Positions 12,496 to 24,989 of a DNA stretch of 64,000 nucleotides are shown in pieces. Below the pieces are notes generated by a model. It worked only from the letters and a program-made list of their open reading frames with translations. It was not told where the DNA came from and made no database searches. The DNA comes from Sphaerodactylus townsendi. Lineage: Eukaryota. Position 1 is the stretch's first letter; each line of letters starts with the position of its first letter. A program made the translations under genes and the position numbers. Location of the stretch: contig NC_059426.1 in assembly GCF_021028975.2 (NCBI RefSeq), positions 74,772,001 to 74,836,000 on the forward strand. The letters run 5' to 3'.

Positions 12496-12925
12496 AGTGT
12501 CATTTCTTTGCATGCTCAATCACTTTCAATACAATTGCATGATAATCTCAGTTTTCTAATTCTGTCAAGTGTTGGTACCTGGGAGCACATGGAGATGGAG
12601 AGTCCCAGCGTAGCTTTCCAATGGATGGCCCAGTGTGATGGGTGGGATGGGGAAGTTCTATACCCGTAGAGCAGAATCTACAGTATACATGCTTAGTAAT
12701 CAGAAAATCCAAACAATGGCTAGGTTTCCTGCTCCTTCTCAAGCATTGTTCTATTTTTAAATCTTTCTCTAGCAACTGATAACTATTACACATGTTTCAG
12801 AGGGAGGGAGGGAGCAGTGTACTTGGGACAGGGCACAGTTTCAATACTTGCTCCAGGCACCATTTTCTGTAGCTATGCCCCTGTCTAGATGGGAGTCTAA
12901 ATCTACCAGCAGAGGCTCTGCACAC

Positions 12926-12956
<31 letters not shown>
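12926..12956. repeat. (TG)n microsatellite
   Basis: Direct reading. Confidence 0.9.
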
Positions 12957-12959
<3 letters not shown>

Positions 12960-13199
12960 TGCAAACATAGCTCCGGTGCATGTGTTAATTCATTGGTGAA
13001 CAAAATATATTCTGCACATGTTGAGAGTCATGCAAAGGAAGCAATACAAAAGTACTACTGATGATGCTCACCATATTTTGCTAACTACTCTCATTTGTTG
13101 TTCATGCCATTTAGAGGAGAAGGAGAAAACAGGAATTAATGGGTTAAGTGGGAGAAAGTTCAAAATCAGGGTGATACCCGTATAATTATCAGAGTGGCT

Positions 13200-13960
13200 T
13201 ACCAACTCGAGGCTGGGAAAAGGGAATAACCAGGAGATGAGAGGTAGTGATAAACAAATTTTATTCAAACCAACAGACTGACAGTCAACAATGGAGAGGA
13301 GCCCGTGGGTTACAAATTCTTAGCCCCTTATATAGGAAAAACCATGGGAAAGTAATTTTCTATCTATGCATAATAAAACAACAAATGATACATACATTAC
13401 AAGAGCTGGCACATTCCATTCCATTCAAAACTAAACATCCTCCTGTTATCTGTTAAAGGAGTACCGGTCATCCTGGTCCCAGAATCCTAAATAACAATTT
13501 AGTTGCGGCACTGACTAATCTATTGGCACCAGTTATCAGGATAACAAATGTCTATGCTGACATCCTTTATTGAAGGCTTTCATTACTTTATCAGTGATAA
13601 AAAATAACCCAGCTCTTAGAATAACATATCTTTACATTCAGCAGGACAGTTATCAGGTCTGTGTTTCAACTTCAAGGTTCTTAAAGAACAGGAAGAATTT
13701 ACAATTAGAACTTGTTCACTGTTCTTTAAGCAAAGGCTTCCTTCCTCTACACATGGAGATAACCCAGAGGGTACTCCATTTAGATGTGTTAATGTAACCT
13801 TTTGATGTTTAGCTCCTCTCTCCCAGCGGAAGTTGCCAAGGTGGGGGTGTAGTTTAAACAACAGCGTATGCCCTGCCTGAAGTCTTCTGACCAGAGAAAT
13901 CATTAAGGAAACCCACAACTTTAATAGATTAATTTACAGCAGATTGAAATAACTAAAAAC
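13200..13960 (-). mobile_element. Probable solo LTR (family shared with ~27050-27880 and ~30830-31440)
   Basis: Shared blocks tttattcaaa(c/t) (minus-strand AATAAA), cataat(t)aaaacaa and aRgcaaaggctt. Boundaries approximate. Confidence 0.4.
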
Positions 13961-14311
13961 TAACCTTATCAAGTATATATATGTGATATTGAGTAAACCT
14001 AGAATTATTTTCCACTATTTTTTATTTGAGGCTACAAGGGCACAAGAGAATGAACACTTACAGGATTCAGGGTAGGAACCAGACGTAGACCATGCTTTCA
14101 GCTTCTGATCTCCCATCCCTTGAGGGGCAGTTTGGTAGAATTCTGCTGCTACATTTCCTCCTTGTATTTTTACATATGATTAGGCTAGAGACAGCAATAT
14201 TCATTCTTTACCAGAAGAGGGCTGGAAACACAGCATGGCATATTCCTAAATAGTCAAGATCACACTGTAGTTACAGACATAACTCAGTTTCACACGAAGC
14301 CCAAAAATATA

Positions 14312-14317
14312 TTTATT
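14312..14317 (-). terminator. Candidate polyadenylation signal of the divergent IFITM paralog
   Basis: AATAAA on the minus strand ~430 nt after the stop; another at 14021-14026. Confidence 0.4.
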
Positions 14318-14740
14318 TGCTCAAAATCCACCCCAGACTTCACTTTTTAATACAGAAAAACTCTGCAATATATCTTTAGCGATGAACTTGTCAGAATAAC
14401 AAAGAGATTCCCATCAGTATCAGGAACTGGAAGAGCACAAAGCCAGATCCCAAACAAAGGAACCTTGGCTCTCATATAATAGCTTCCTTCTGCATTAATA
14501 TTCAGACCTGTCAGTCCCATCTCTTGTGAGCCTTGGTAGGCAAGCAATAGGCTAAGGACAGATGCTCTTTAGTGCAGAGCATAAACCTCTTGGTTTTGAG
14601 AAGTGCAAGCAATTCTAGCTGTATTAAGGAATGCCTTATTTTTTGCAAATGAAAGAGCAGGACAGCCGCTATCAGAGTGAAAGGAAGGGCAGACAATGAC
14701 TATTGACGATGTTGTGAGGAAAATATTCAGGATATTGTAT

Positions 14741-14953
14741 TTATTTGCCATTCTTCTTGAAGTAGTCTTCAAAAGAACTATAGTTCACATTGTACGTTTG
14801 GTAACTAAGTTGAAAAACTATTACAGCCGGGATGATGATGATGAGGATGATGAACACAATGCTCAGCACCACTGCAGCAATATTCAGATTCTTGGCTGTA
14901 TTGCCATATCTGGTTGCAGCTTCAGCGTCTCCAACAACTTTGCGATCCCTTGA
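14741..14953 (-). CDS. Divergent IFITM-family paralog exon 2: SRDRKVVGDAEAATRYGNTAKNLNIAAVVLSIVFIILIIIIPAVIVFQLSYQTYNVNYSSFEDYFKKNGK*
   Basis: Long polypyrimidine acceptor ttcttctccccattctcctAG|TCA, conserved SRDRK..GD....YG.TAK.LNI loop, TM helix, TAA at 14743-14741. Absent from the ORF track because it has no start codon. Confidence 0.93.
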   Translation of the reverse strand, partial: SRDRKVVGDAEAATRYGNTAKNLNIAAVVLSIVFIILIIIIPAVIVFQLSYQTYNVNYSSFEDYFKKNGK

Positions 14954-15877
14954 CTAGGAGAATGGGGAGAAGAAAGAATGTTTTTAAAATGGTAAGAATT
15001 AAAAGCATCTCTTCATTCATTCTTGTTCTCTAAAATGTGGCCTTTCACTTTAACAAAGGTCCAGTGGCACCTTAAAGACTAACAACATTTGTTCCACTAG
15101 AAGCTTTTGTAAACTCAATTTCAGGAAATCTCTCATAGGAATAAATGTGGTTCATCTTTAAGGACTGCTGGCCATCTGTTTTATTGTCCTCCTATTTTGG
15201 CCTCAGCTTCATCTCCCTTCAGTCATAATAGGTCACACAACCTCAGTTTAAAAATCACCCACATCAGGATCATTGTGAATACGTACTGCCCCTCATGTAG
15301 TTTCAGCTGTCAACTACTGAATAGTGGAATTAAGGAAGAGAAACCTACCTATGATCCGTTCTGCACAGCACCAATAAGACATCCTGAGGATGCAAAAGAA
15401 AAGTGTCTTGAGGAGGAACTCCGCACAGCTTTTTCCCAAGATGTCCTCAGAACACCTTATTTCTGCTCAAGACAGAAATTTTTTGAGGTCCCTTTTTTCC
15501 ATAAGCCACCTGCAAAATATTTTCTACCTTGCTGTGTGGAATGCAGAGCTCAGGAGGGATCGTATTTTTCCCGCCTGACTGTTAATCTCACTGGTCGGTT
15601 TCACCCTCTGCTTGCACCCTACGTTTTGTGTGCTGCTGAAGGGAATTTCCCTGCTTCCAATTGCTGAAAGTTTTCCCAAGATGTTCTGCAGACTCCAATC
15701 CTGGGTGCTTTTTCAGCCCCAGAAGTACGTAGCTTTATTTGACTCTTCCTGCCGATTTCAGTAATATATAGTTTTCCTTTTTTAAAAAAAATGGAGGGAA
15801 CCAGAGAGTGGGTGACTGGAGAGTGAGAAAGAGAAGCTGTGTAAGACTGAAAGGAAGTGGGGATAATTAATAGGTAG

Positions 15878-15948
15878 GGGTGTGTGTGTGTGTGTGTTTG
15901 TGTGTGTGAGTGAGTGAGTGTGTGAGAGAGAGAGAGAGAGAGACAGAG
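15878..15948. repeat. Compound (TG)n/(GA)n microsatellite in the intron
   Basis: Direct reading. Confidence 0.85.
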
Positions 15949-17565
15949 ACCAGAGGAACTGAAGAAGAGAAACTGAGGGATATTCCTGTGTGTGCATGGG
16001 CATGTGGGGGGGAATGAAGAAAAGAGCATAATTAAGGATAGTGTGTGTATTTGTATGTTTGTGTGTGTGAGAGTGTACACTTCAGGAGGCACTGGGGACG
16101 CAGAAAGAAAGAATAACAGCAGGGAGAGTGGGACAGATAACAAGAGAAACACAGGCAGTGGACAAGGGAGATTAAAAGGGAGGGGGGAGATTAAAAGGGG
16201 GGGAGAGAAGAAAGGACATAAAAGCAAAGGAGAAAGGATGACACTCGCACAGTCTGCTTACAGTTTCCCACTTGTTTTACCTAATGCAAATACCCCTACA
16301 GTATCCTTAACACTTTCTAGCACAGACTGTTGATGTTAGCTCCTCAGCTTTCAACCAGTCTGAATTTATTAGGTGGTCACACTGCAGGCAGAAAACCCTG
16401 CATCTCAAAGGTGGAGAAGAACTTTATTATATTATTTATCGTCTGCTGTATGGTTTGCTGAATGGTTCTTCTCTCTTGTAATCTTGGCTTTACTGTCTGC
16501 ATTACATTGGGTTTTACTACAGTGTTCTCTCTTCTTCTTTTTGGTATGTTTATTGAATTCTGTTGTTCCACAGGCAGGACGCCACCATTAGCCTAACTTT
16601 AAGCCGTTCTTGGGAGTTCCTCCTGTTCTAGCATAGCCTATCTCCATTTGTACCCTTCTGTCATTTCAGAAAAATAAGGAAATAATTGTATTCCAACAAC
16701 ATACAGATCTACCCAAAACTACATTACACTAAATTCAATAGGATTTTTCTCCTTAGTGCGCATAGGATGGCAACTCAGACAGCATTTCTGAGCATTCGAA
16801 GCACTGCACACACATGATCTCAGTAAGGAAGGTAAGCAGCATTTTCCACCTACTGCAGTTTGGGTACAGAGATGGCAAATATTTTTGTTAAGGTAATTAA
16901 AGTACATCAGATATACCCAGCTCTGATTTCCAGAACTATGCCAACAATTCTGTTTTCATGTCATCTGCTCTGCACTAAGCGGAGTGAGGGGAAACTGCGC
17001 CCTGGGCCCCCGCTGCAGCGACGTCTGCTCCCCCCTCCCCCGCCCCGCCCCCAGAACGCCACCTCCATGGCCCGGCCACGCCTCCGCGCCTCCCGCCCTT
17101 TGCGTGCTATGCCACTGGCTGCACTAGAAGAATGGCTTAAATTGGTTGTTGCACTGCTCCATACTTATTCATCAATTGACTACAAGCACTCCACCTCTAA
17201 GAAGAAAAACCATGTCTATAGAACCATCTTTGCTATTATTAGCATGCAACGCAAGCCGCTAGAGAGCAGCAGCAGATACTGCAGTAACAAGCAGTTGTGT
17301 TCTATCCAATTATCAAAGCATTAAAAACCTATTTGTCTTTGACATATTCCTCCAAAAAGAGTTCAAGAATGTGGTCACAAAAGACCATAGCATGGTCAAG
17401 GGAAGCACTGTGATTGGAGGCACAGAACGGACAAGTACTTGCAAATAAAGGGGTTTCTGTGTAGGCAGAGTACCTGGCCGTTTTCCAGGGCTGTGCAGGG
17501 AGGCGAAAACTAGAAAGCAACATCCCTGTTCTCACTACCAAGTCTGAACAGAATTGTTTCAAAGA

Positions 17566-17760
17566 CTGTGGGTTAGTAGAGCCTCTGTTTGGAACACAAA
17601 TGTCCCTGGTTCAATCTCTAACGTCTTAAATGAAATAACTGGGCAATAGGTCACGGGGAAAGCCCTCCACCTGAGAGCCCAAAGAGCCACTGCCAGTCTG
17701 AGCAGACTACACTGACCTTGGTGGACTGAAGGCCTGACTCAGTATAGGCAACTTCATGCA
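17566..17760 (+). mobile_element. tRNA-derived SINE (Squam3-like)
   Basis: gtagagcctctgtttgg..ggttcaatc..gagccactgccagtctgagcagac..ctgactcagtataggcaacttcatg. Confidence 0.7.
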
Positions 17761-18826
17761 TGCTGAAGGTGCCATTCCCTGACTTCCTTCACAAGAATTT
17801 TCTGGGCCCAGAACAAGCAGACCAATGGTTTTGTCAGGCATTACAGAAGGGACAACAAAGCAAAGAACACATTTTCATGATACATCTGCAGTTTAGCACT
17901 TTCACACTGCTGTATGAAACAAATAGCTGTTTGACTGAGGTGTTTGAAAAGTATTTTTCATCTTCACCATCCACAGCTGCGCCAGGCAAAAGAGGTCCTG
18001 CAAAACGCTCCCCATCCAACCTTTCCCACCACTAGTCACCCTCCCCCATCCCTAGACATCCCTTTAACCCACCTCAACCCTAGCCACCCCAGCCACCCTC
18101 CCTCACTTTGCCACCCTCCCCCCACCAAAGCCACCCCTCTCCACCCTCCCTGTATCCTCACTTTCCTACTCACCCAGAGCAAGGTGGTGCACTGTGAGGA
18201 AGGGTGTGGTAGCTGCTGCTCCAGCCCCATTAAAGCCCATTGAAGGGGGAGATGCTTCCCCTTTGCTAGGGCCCATTCCATCTCCCCCGCATTGGCCTTT
18301 GCTGCTAGTAAGGACATAAGGCTGGTAGATTTCCCGGAGATAAAAGACCCTTGGAATTCAAAAGTCTCATTTTCATAGACTCTCTCTGCTGCGTCTACTA
18401 CAGGCTATCATGGCTGCTGTTTTCAGCATCATATGCCACCTTCTTGCAGTCAAGTAGGCACAATTAATGTCACCACTTTGTAAAGCTACACTTGCTTTGA
18501 CTATTCGAAAGGATAGCTAACTCCACAGAGCAAACTTGAGTTTGCATTATCATGGCACCCTCCAAAGAACTCTCAGGAACCTTGAGGAGCGGGCAGGAGT
18601 TCGTTAAGAGGGCGCAGTTAAATTTTGTTCTTGGTGACTGGGTGCAGATGCCCGGAAACAGCAGAATTGCAAGAAAAAAAATTCAACAGGGAAATCAACA
18701 GGGAGACCACCATTGCTAAATGGTATATAGTAGCAGATCTCTACAAAGTTGGAAGAGCCAAAGTGCAAAACGGGATGACCCGAAACAGAAGCGCCCGAAA
18801 TGGGTTTCCTCCCGCTGCGCGTTTAC

Positions 18827-19033
18827 CTTGAAGGAGTAGAGGAGGGCGATGAAACCGAGGCAACAGGCGTTGAAGAAGCAGAAGTTGAACAACGACCAGA
18901 CCACGTAGTCCCGAGGCTGCCGGGTGGGGAAACCGGAGTCTGAGGCCAACGTAGCATAGCTGTAAGGGAGAGCGCCCGACGTCTGGTCCCTCGTGTCGTA
19001 GGATTGCATAACCACGTGCTGCATTTCAGCCAT
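18827..19033 (-). CDS. Divergent IFITM-family paralog exon 1: [69 protein letters not shown] (spliced protein 139 aa from the first ATG)
   Basis: CD225 signature [11 protein letters not shown]...[13 protein letters not shown], donor AAG|GTAAAC in phase 0, CpG-rich exon. The start could be a downstream in-frame ATG. Confidence 0.93.
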
Positions 19034-19169
19034 CAAGCAAAACGGCTAGGATCGGGATCGAGCGAAGGGGCTGCCCAGGAGAAGGCGGAAAATGGGTCCG
19101 GGCTGGCCAGGGGAGGCGGTGAGCCAGACCAGGACAAGGAGAGCGAAGCAAGAGCAACAAACCACACAG

Positions 19170-19305
19170 GATGCGAAGGGGGGCGGGCGGGAGAGATTAG
19201 GCAAAGACCAGCATCTGCCTCATTGGGCAAGTTTCAGGTTACAGGGACCTCAGGCAACGGTTCCTCCAACCTCGTCGATTGGAATAGTTTGAAACTTTCC
19301 CCACG
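19170..19305 (-). promoter_or_regulatory. Putative promoter of the divergent IFITM paralog (GC box, CCAAT, weak kappaB-like site)
   Basis: gggggcgggcggg at ~19178-19190, CCAAT on the minus strand at 19278-19282, GGGGAAAGTTTC (minus) at 19291-19302. Confidence 0.4.
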
Positions 19306-20859
19306 GAAATGAATTTCAGCAGAGTCTGAAAGGGGGAAGATACGTAACTGAGCTCCCCTTCCATCACACATTCTAGTTTCTGCTGTGCTCGAGTCTAACT
19401 ATTATTTTAGCCCAATCTGCACCGATATGTTCTTTATGTTTTGTAAACTGATTTGTTTACAATAATAGAGTAATGAAATGGGGATAGTCCAAATAACTAC
19501 ATAAATACATACTTTGAAATACTACTTGACTTGACATAAATACATGTCACTTTTTTGCCACTACAATTTCCTACTAACTCATTATGTCTGAATTGTACAA
19601 ATATTATACTTTCTCATGCATTTGTACTGATACAATGATTTTTATTTATTTATTTATTATTTATTATTGGGTTTTTTATACCGCCCTACCCCCCGAAGGG
19701 CTCTGGGCGGTGAACAACATACATCGCATATACAATAACCCTTAAAACAGTTTAAAACGCAGCGATCAGTAAAACAATGTCCGCAATAACCCTCATTAAA
19801 AACCTCCCAAAAGGGGGAAGAAAACGGGTCCCATAGATGGTGAGGGACCCAAAAGATGATGTTGAACAGAGTAGCACCAATGGTGCATTTCTAACTTTGT
19901 GTGCATTAAGCAACTTAATAATACAACACCAGAGAAATTTCTGTGTTATTTTGCCTGTGGATGATTCACTTGGGACTTTTGTCCCACACATTTTAGTTAC
20001 TCAGCTACAGGACAGGACTGCTTGTTACTAGATCAACAGAATGTCAAGGTCTGTGTTTGCTTCAGGAATTTAATGCTGCCAATGTGGAATTTTTATTCCA
20101 ATTTCTCAGGCTTTCTCCTGGACTATTTTAGAGGGACAGCGGAAAAACTCCTTTCGTAAACACTGTTTCTTTTCCAGAAGGACTGTAAGCCTCCTCATCT
20201 CCAGGTACTACCTCTAGCAGTGGTTTGAGATTCATTCACTTGTGCCTGATATAGAAGCTAATATACAAGTATGCAGAGGTTTCCCTTCTCACTTACCTTG
20301 AAAAAGGTAGGATCCAACTAGTTTCTAGAATGGTCTGAGTGACTGTGGGAGTTCCACCATTTGTTTATTTGTTTTTTGTTTGTTTCAAGTCTAAAGGACT
20401 ATCGATGGAGCAAAGGACTGTGCTAGTGAAGTGACACTGGACACCAGGGCCTGTAGCTTTAAGGAATGAATGTCCTTGGTTGCTGTTGCTCGATAACCAC
20501 ACAGCATCCCAGTCTTGCTTTCAGTTAGTAAAAAGGCACAGGCCGTGTCCTTGCCAGGGCTGAACTGTTCCTTGCTCACCTTCTCCAGGATTCCCTTCCA
20601 CAGTCTCCCTGCTGTAAAATGGTTTGATCATATTGATGTGATGGAGTCTTGGTTTGGCATCTGTACCTGACTCCAGAAGCAGATAGTTCAATTCCCACTC
20701 TTTCTGCTTCACTGTAAATTGCCCCTCTCAAGCAACTGGCAGCTTAGAAGCCCTGTGGGTTTTAAAACCATTACAAATCTCTTCTTTATACACCCTCAGA
20801 TATGAATTTTTTTACCATACCACACCTGTTGTGTGTGCAGAAGTGTGAGCTAAATTATC

Positions 20860-21050
20860 ATGAAAATGGGTGAAAAAACATTAACAATTTGAGATATGCA
20901 GATGACACCACATTACTGGCAGAAAAATACACTGACTACTATTGAACACTGAGTACTACTACAGATTAAAGCAGGATTACAGGTGAAAATAAAGCAGATA
21001 AAAGTTAATGACTGCTGAGGAATTACACAAATTTAAGGTTGATGATGAAT
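20860..21050 (+). mobile_element. RTE/BovB-type LINE reverse transcriptase fragment
   Basis: Translation ..INNLRYADD(T)TLLAE..AGLQ..KVMTAEELHKFKVDDE with frameshifts. Confidence 0.8.
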
Positions 21051-21534
21051 AACTTGGAAGAGTACAACCAAAAAATCAGGAAATGGGCAGCACAATCCTG
21101 GGGTTGAGGTGGGAAAAAGCTGTGGAGCAGCCGGGGATGAAGCAGCAACAGCACAGCTGAGCCGCCTCCTAAGCAAGTAGCTGCGCTGTGGCCAGAAGCG
21201 GAATACAGTGAAAAAAGACAGCAGCAAGGAAAATGGAATATGGCACAGCAGAGACTTTAACCAACAGGTCAGCTGATAGCCAGCAGGGGACAGAGGGAAG
21301 GGAGAGGAGTGAAATGTAGAAGGCAGTCCATGCACGGGGAAGGGGCAGGCCCAGGCAATGGAGTGCAAATAAGGGGGCAGCCCTAATGCACCCTCAAAGT
21401 GGGCCAGCAGAGGACAGGGAGGGGCCACCCGGGGCAGGTAGGTCCTGCAAAGCACTGGGTGTCAGAGAATATGTATTAGTGTATGTATGATCAGCATAGG
21501 AGGCAGACTCCAGCCACTTATGGCATCCCTCCAG

Positions 21535-22030
21535 AAATTATCTGCAAGGCAAGTGAAGAAATTGTTGGACCTACTAGTCTTGGCAGAGTTTGACTCACAG
21601 AAAATATCTGGATAATTGAAATCTCCCATTACTACTATACCTCTTCTTTGTGAAAGTTTGGTCATCTGCTCCAGGAAGGCATCATCCAACAGTTCAGTCT
21701 GGCTTGGGGATCTGTAATAGACCACAATGAGTTGTTTTTCTCCCCTTTAATTTTTACCTAGATGCTCTCAACCTGGTTCCCAGGATTTAAGTAATGGACC
21801 CGCTCACAGGTGTAATCATTCCTGACATATAGTGCTATTCCTCCGCCTTTCCTAGTTGATCTATTTCTCTGGAATAAGTTGTACTCCTCAATTATTACAT
21901 TCCAGTCATGATATTTATCCCAGCAGGTTTCAATGATGCCCATTATTTCATTTTTATTATGCCGTGTTAAGAGTTCATCCTGTTTATTACCCATGCTTGG
22001 TGCATTAGTGTAGTGACATCTAAAGCGTTG
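21535..22030 (-). mobile_element. CR1 LINE ORF2 endonuclease fragment
   Basis: RCHYTNAPSMGNKQDEL..IETCWD..KGGGIALYV and YYRSPSQ..VVMGDFNYPDI..TCLADNF. Confidence 0.9.
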
Positions 22031-22544
22031 GTCCATGCCCTGTGGGTGCTTATTTAAGGAAGGGTATGACTATTTTAAACAAACTATGGCATGCTGACAT
22101 AGACTCTAAAGCCCTGTCTGGGGATCTAGCTAACTCAAATACCACCTTCTCTATATACTGTAACTGCATACTAAGATGATGCCTTTTGCTGTTCCTTGCC
22201 ATCACAATTGCAGTGTGCAATAGGGAGTACTTAGACTGTGACACTCTCTTTTTATGGAAAGTCACTCAGTCATTTATTTACACAGGAGTGTATAGTTTTC
22301 CCCAAAAAATGTTATACACACGCACGCGCGCACACCGCCTACAGAATCCTCATTGCCTAGGGGATGACACAAGAACTGTGAAATGTGTAGTGGGAGTTTT
22401 GCTCATCCCAGATGCAGCCTTGCCTGTTTCTTCTCACAGCTGTGGCACACAGGAGAAGTGGCTTCAGTTCCCATCCCAAAACAGTTTTACCCCTTCAGGA
22501 AATTTCTCAGAGCTGCTATTGGCTCAGTTGCAAGATTTTCTTTC

Positions 22545-22840
22545 TTTAATTCATTTGTAACTTGCCTTTCTCCCCAATGGGGACCCAAGGAAGCTTACAA
22601 CATTCTCCTCTTCTCTGTTTTATCCTCACAACAACCCACCTTGGGCAGGTTACACCCTCTCAGCCTAACCTACCTCACAGGGTTGTTAAGAGAATAACAT
22701 GGAGGAGAGGAGAATGATGTAAGCTAGTATGAGTTCCCATTGGGGAGAGAGACACATGAAATACATTCCTATGGCACAAGTGGGAATTCAAACTTGGATC
22801 TCCTAGTCCAGTACTCTTAACCACTATACCATGTTGGCTT
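22545..22840. mobile_element. MIR/L2-tailed SINE remnants (partly head-to-head)
   Basis: tttatcctcacaacaacc, cctacctcacagggttgtt and gggaattcaaacttggatctcc..aaccactatacca motifs; relatives at ~36290-36445, 57545-58150 and 63885-64000. Confidence 0.6.
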
Positions 22841-24260
22841 TATGCCAAAATTACATGTTGCCATGTAACTTGCTTTTGGGGGCAGTCCCCCAGTTCCAAG
22901 TTTAGGGAGGTACAAGCCCCCTTGTGACCCACCAGCAGGCCCCCTCATGCTCCCTTTCTACTCCCCCCCCCCATGTTAAACTTCCTCCAACAGCATCATG
23001 CAGCTGGTAGAGCTTCAGCTGTGGTTTTCAGAAGAGCTACACACACTTCCACATCAATGCTGAGTTCTAGCAAGTGGACAGGGACGGGCACACATATAGG
23101 TAGTAGGGAAGGTGAAAACAAATAGTGTCAGTGTCATACAACAGATACATTATTTTTTTTGCTGGTGCAAACCAGCCTAGATCTCCTTCTGACCTTGGAT
23201 TTAGGAATTATGCAAATGCTGGACTTCCTTCCAGCCGGTGTAGCTGTTTCCCATCTACCAGATTGTGAGTATATGTGGGGAAATACACAGACCGCAGCTA
23301 CACATTCAGCCTGGAAATTGTTTTTTGGTTCTTGAGGCAGAAGGCTGTTTTGTTCTGGTAAGGGACAGAGTTGCCAACTGACAAGAAAATATCTACCTGG
23401 TCTAGTCTTCTGCCTCTTACAGCAGGTCAATATGCAGAAGCAAGCAAATGAAGTTTTTCTTGGCATGAAATTAAGCGTCTGCTTCCACGTCTGCTTCCAG
23501 TTCCCACCATTCAAACTATTGTGAAAAGCACAGGAGCAGGGGACAGCAACAATCCCCCCACTCTCAAAATGACCACTCTACTAAGGATAGGGTGCATAAG
23601 GGAATCAGAGCAGGTAAAAGCAAGGCTCAGGACCTGCGCTTGAATAAATTCAAGTTTTACTTTTAAAAGAACAATGTAATTCAAGAGCATTGGTGGTGGT
23701 TGTTACTTTCCGAAGCTGCCTCTGCAACACTCCCTTCGCATTTTTTTAAAAATCAGAAGCAGATGTTTGAGGCTGCCACTAGGAGTGGAGAAAGGCATTT
23801 AATTTTTCTCTTGCAAGCAGCCATTTTAAGCTATAGAATCAGCCTTCTCAAATTACTTCCCTCTTTTGAGATAAAGGATAGGGACTGTTTGTTTTATTCT
23901 GTATGAGATAAAGCTGCTTGGATTTGATTTTTTAAAGGGAAATTACAAGAATAAAAAAGCATAATCCTCCTTCCACTGTTCCAGGCTTGGTCTTGGTAAG
24001 GGATAGAGTTGCCAGCTGACAAGAAATGAAATCCAATGAGATGAACATCCAGGGTGAGAGGCATAATTGCAGTCCAAACAGGCCACTTGTGAAAGGCAGA
24101 AGCAAAGTATAACAAAGATATATACGTGCCAATCATTCTTACATCAGTCAGTACATCACTTTGAGCCATCTCTTTACTCATGAAAACAGGCAAAGCCCCT
24201 TTCCGGCAACATCATACATTCCATGACGGTAAAAGAGGTCTTGGGAGTATGCTTTTTACC

Positions 24261-24305
24261 ATGCAAATAAGAGTTCGGTCAGCATTTCATTGATTGAAAG
24301 TGAAA
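24261..24305. promoter_or_regulatory. Candidate intergenic enhancer: octamer plus IRF element
   Basis: ATGCAAAT at 24261-24268 and GAAAGTGAAA at 24296-24305. Confidence 0.3.
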
Positions 24306-24989
24306 TTTTTCTGCAGCAAGGCCATAAAACTTGCTGTGACTTATTTCCCTTATCTCTTCCTTGAAGGAGAAGCCCCATCTGTATACTTTATGTTCTCCAT
24401 CCTTGATATCTAATGGGACTTGCAACTCCTACCAGAGTAAAACAAGCCAGGAATGCTGCAGTCGTTTCTCTCTCAAGGGCAGCCTGCAAGATAAGATCGG
24501 GCGCTGGCACCTGGGTGCTCCTAATTCACCACATGTTGCAAATCAAGGGAAGGTGGGAAACAGAAAGTGATGACCCATTAACATAACAGAACACAGACCC
24601 CTCTTTGATGTCCAGAAGAAAGTTCCTGACATCACCCTAACAATCTTGAGCTGAGCAATATAATAGAAGGGGGAGCAGTGGCTCTGGATTTAAGGATGGT
24701 GTAAGGATGAGTTGCTAGCCAGATAACTAAATTAAAATTGTGGGAATTCACGATCTTACTGAAGTTTCAGGGTGTGTTCTTTCCAAATTCTTCAAAAACA
24801 GGAAACAGTGTGTGAGAGAAGGGCAGATGGCTGTTAATCATTATTCCTATTGTGTACTTTTACATTTAAGACTGCATTTTGTAAGCAAAGCTGTTTTGCA
24901 AGTGAAGTTTTTCTTGGCACGGGAATAAGTAGTTCCAAAAAAATCATATGCCATTAAAGGGACAGTGATAGCGGAGCCAGAAGCAAATT

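Noticed and set aside
15055-15180. Second ribozyme-bearing element (gtggcaccttaaagactaac family; also ~50425 and ~43720)
   Set aside because: Looks like a repeat remnant, but the CUGANGA/GAAA pair is not intact in these copies.
15619-16333. 202 aa and 113 aa ORFs
   Set aside because: Products of microsatellite and purine-rich low-complexity intron sequence.
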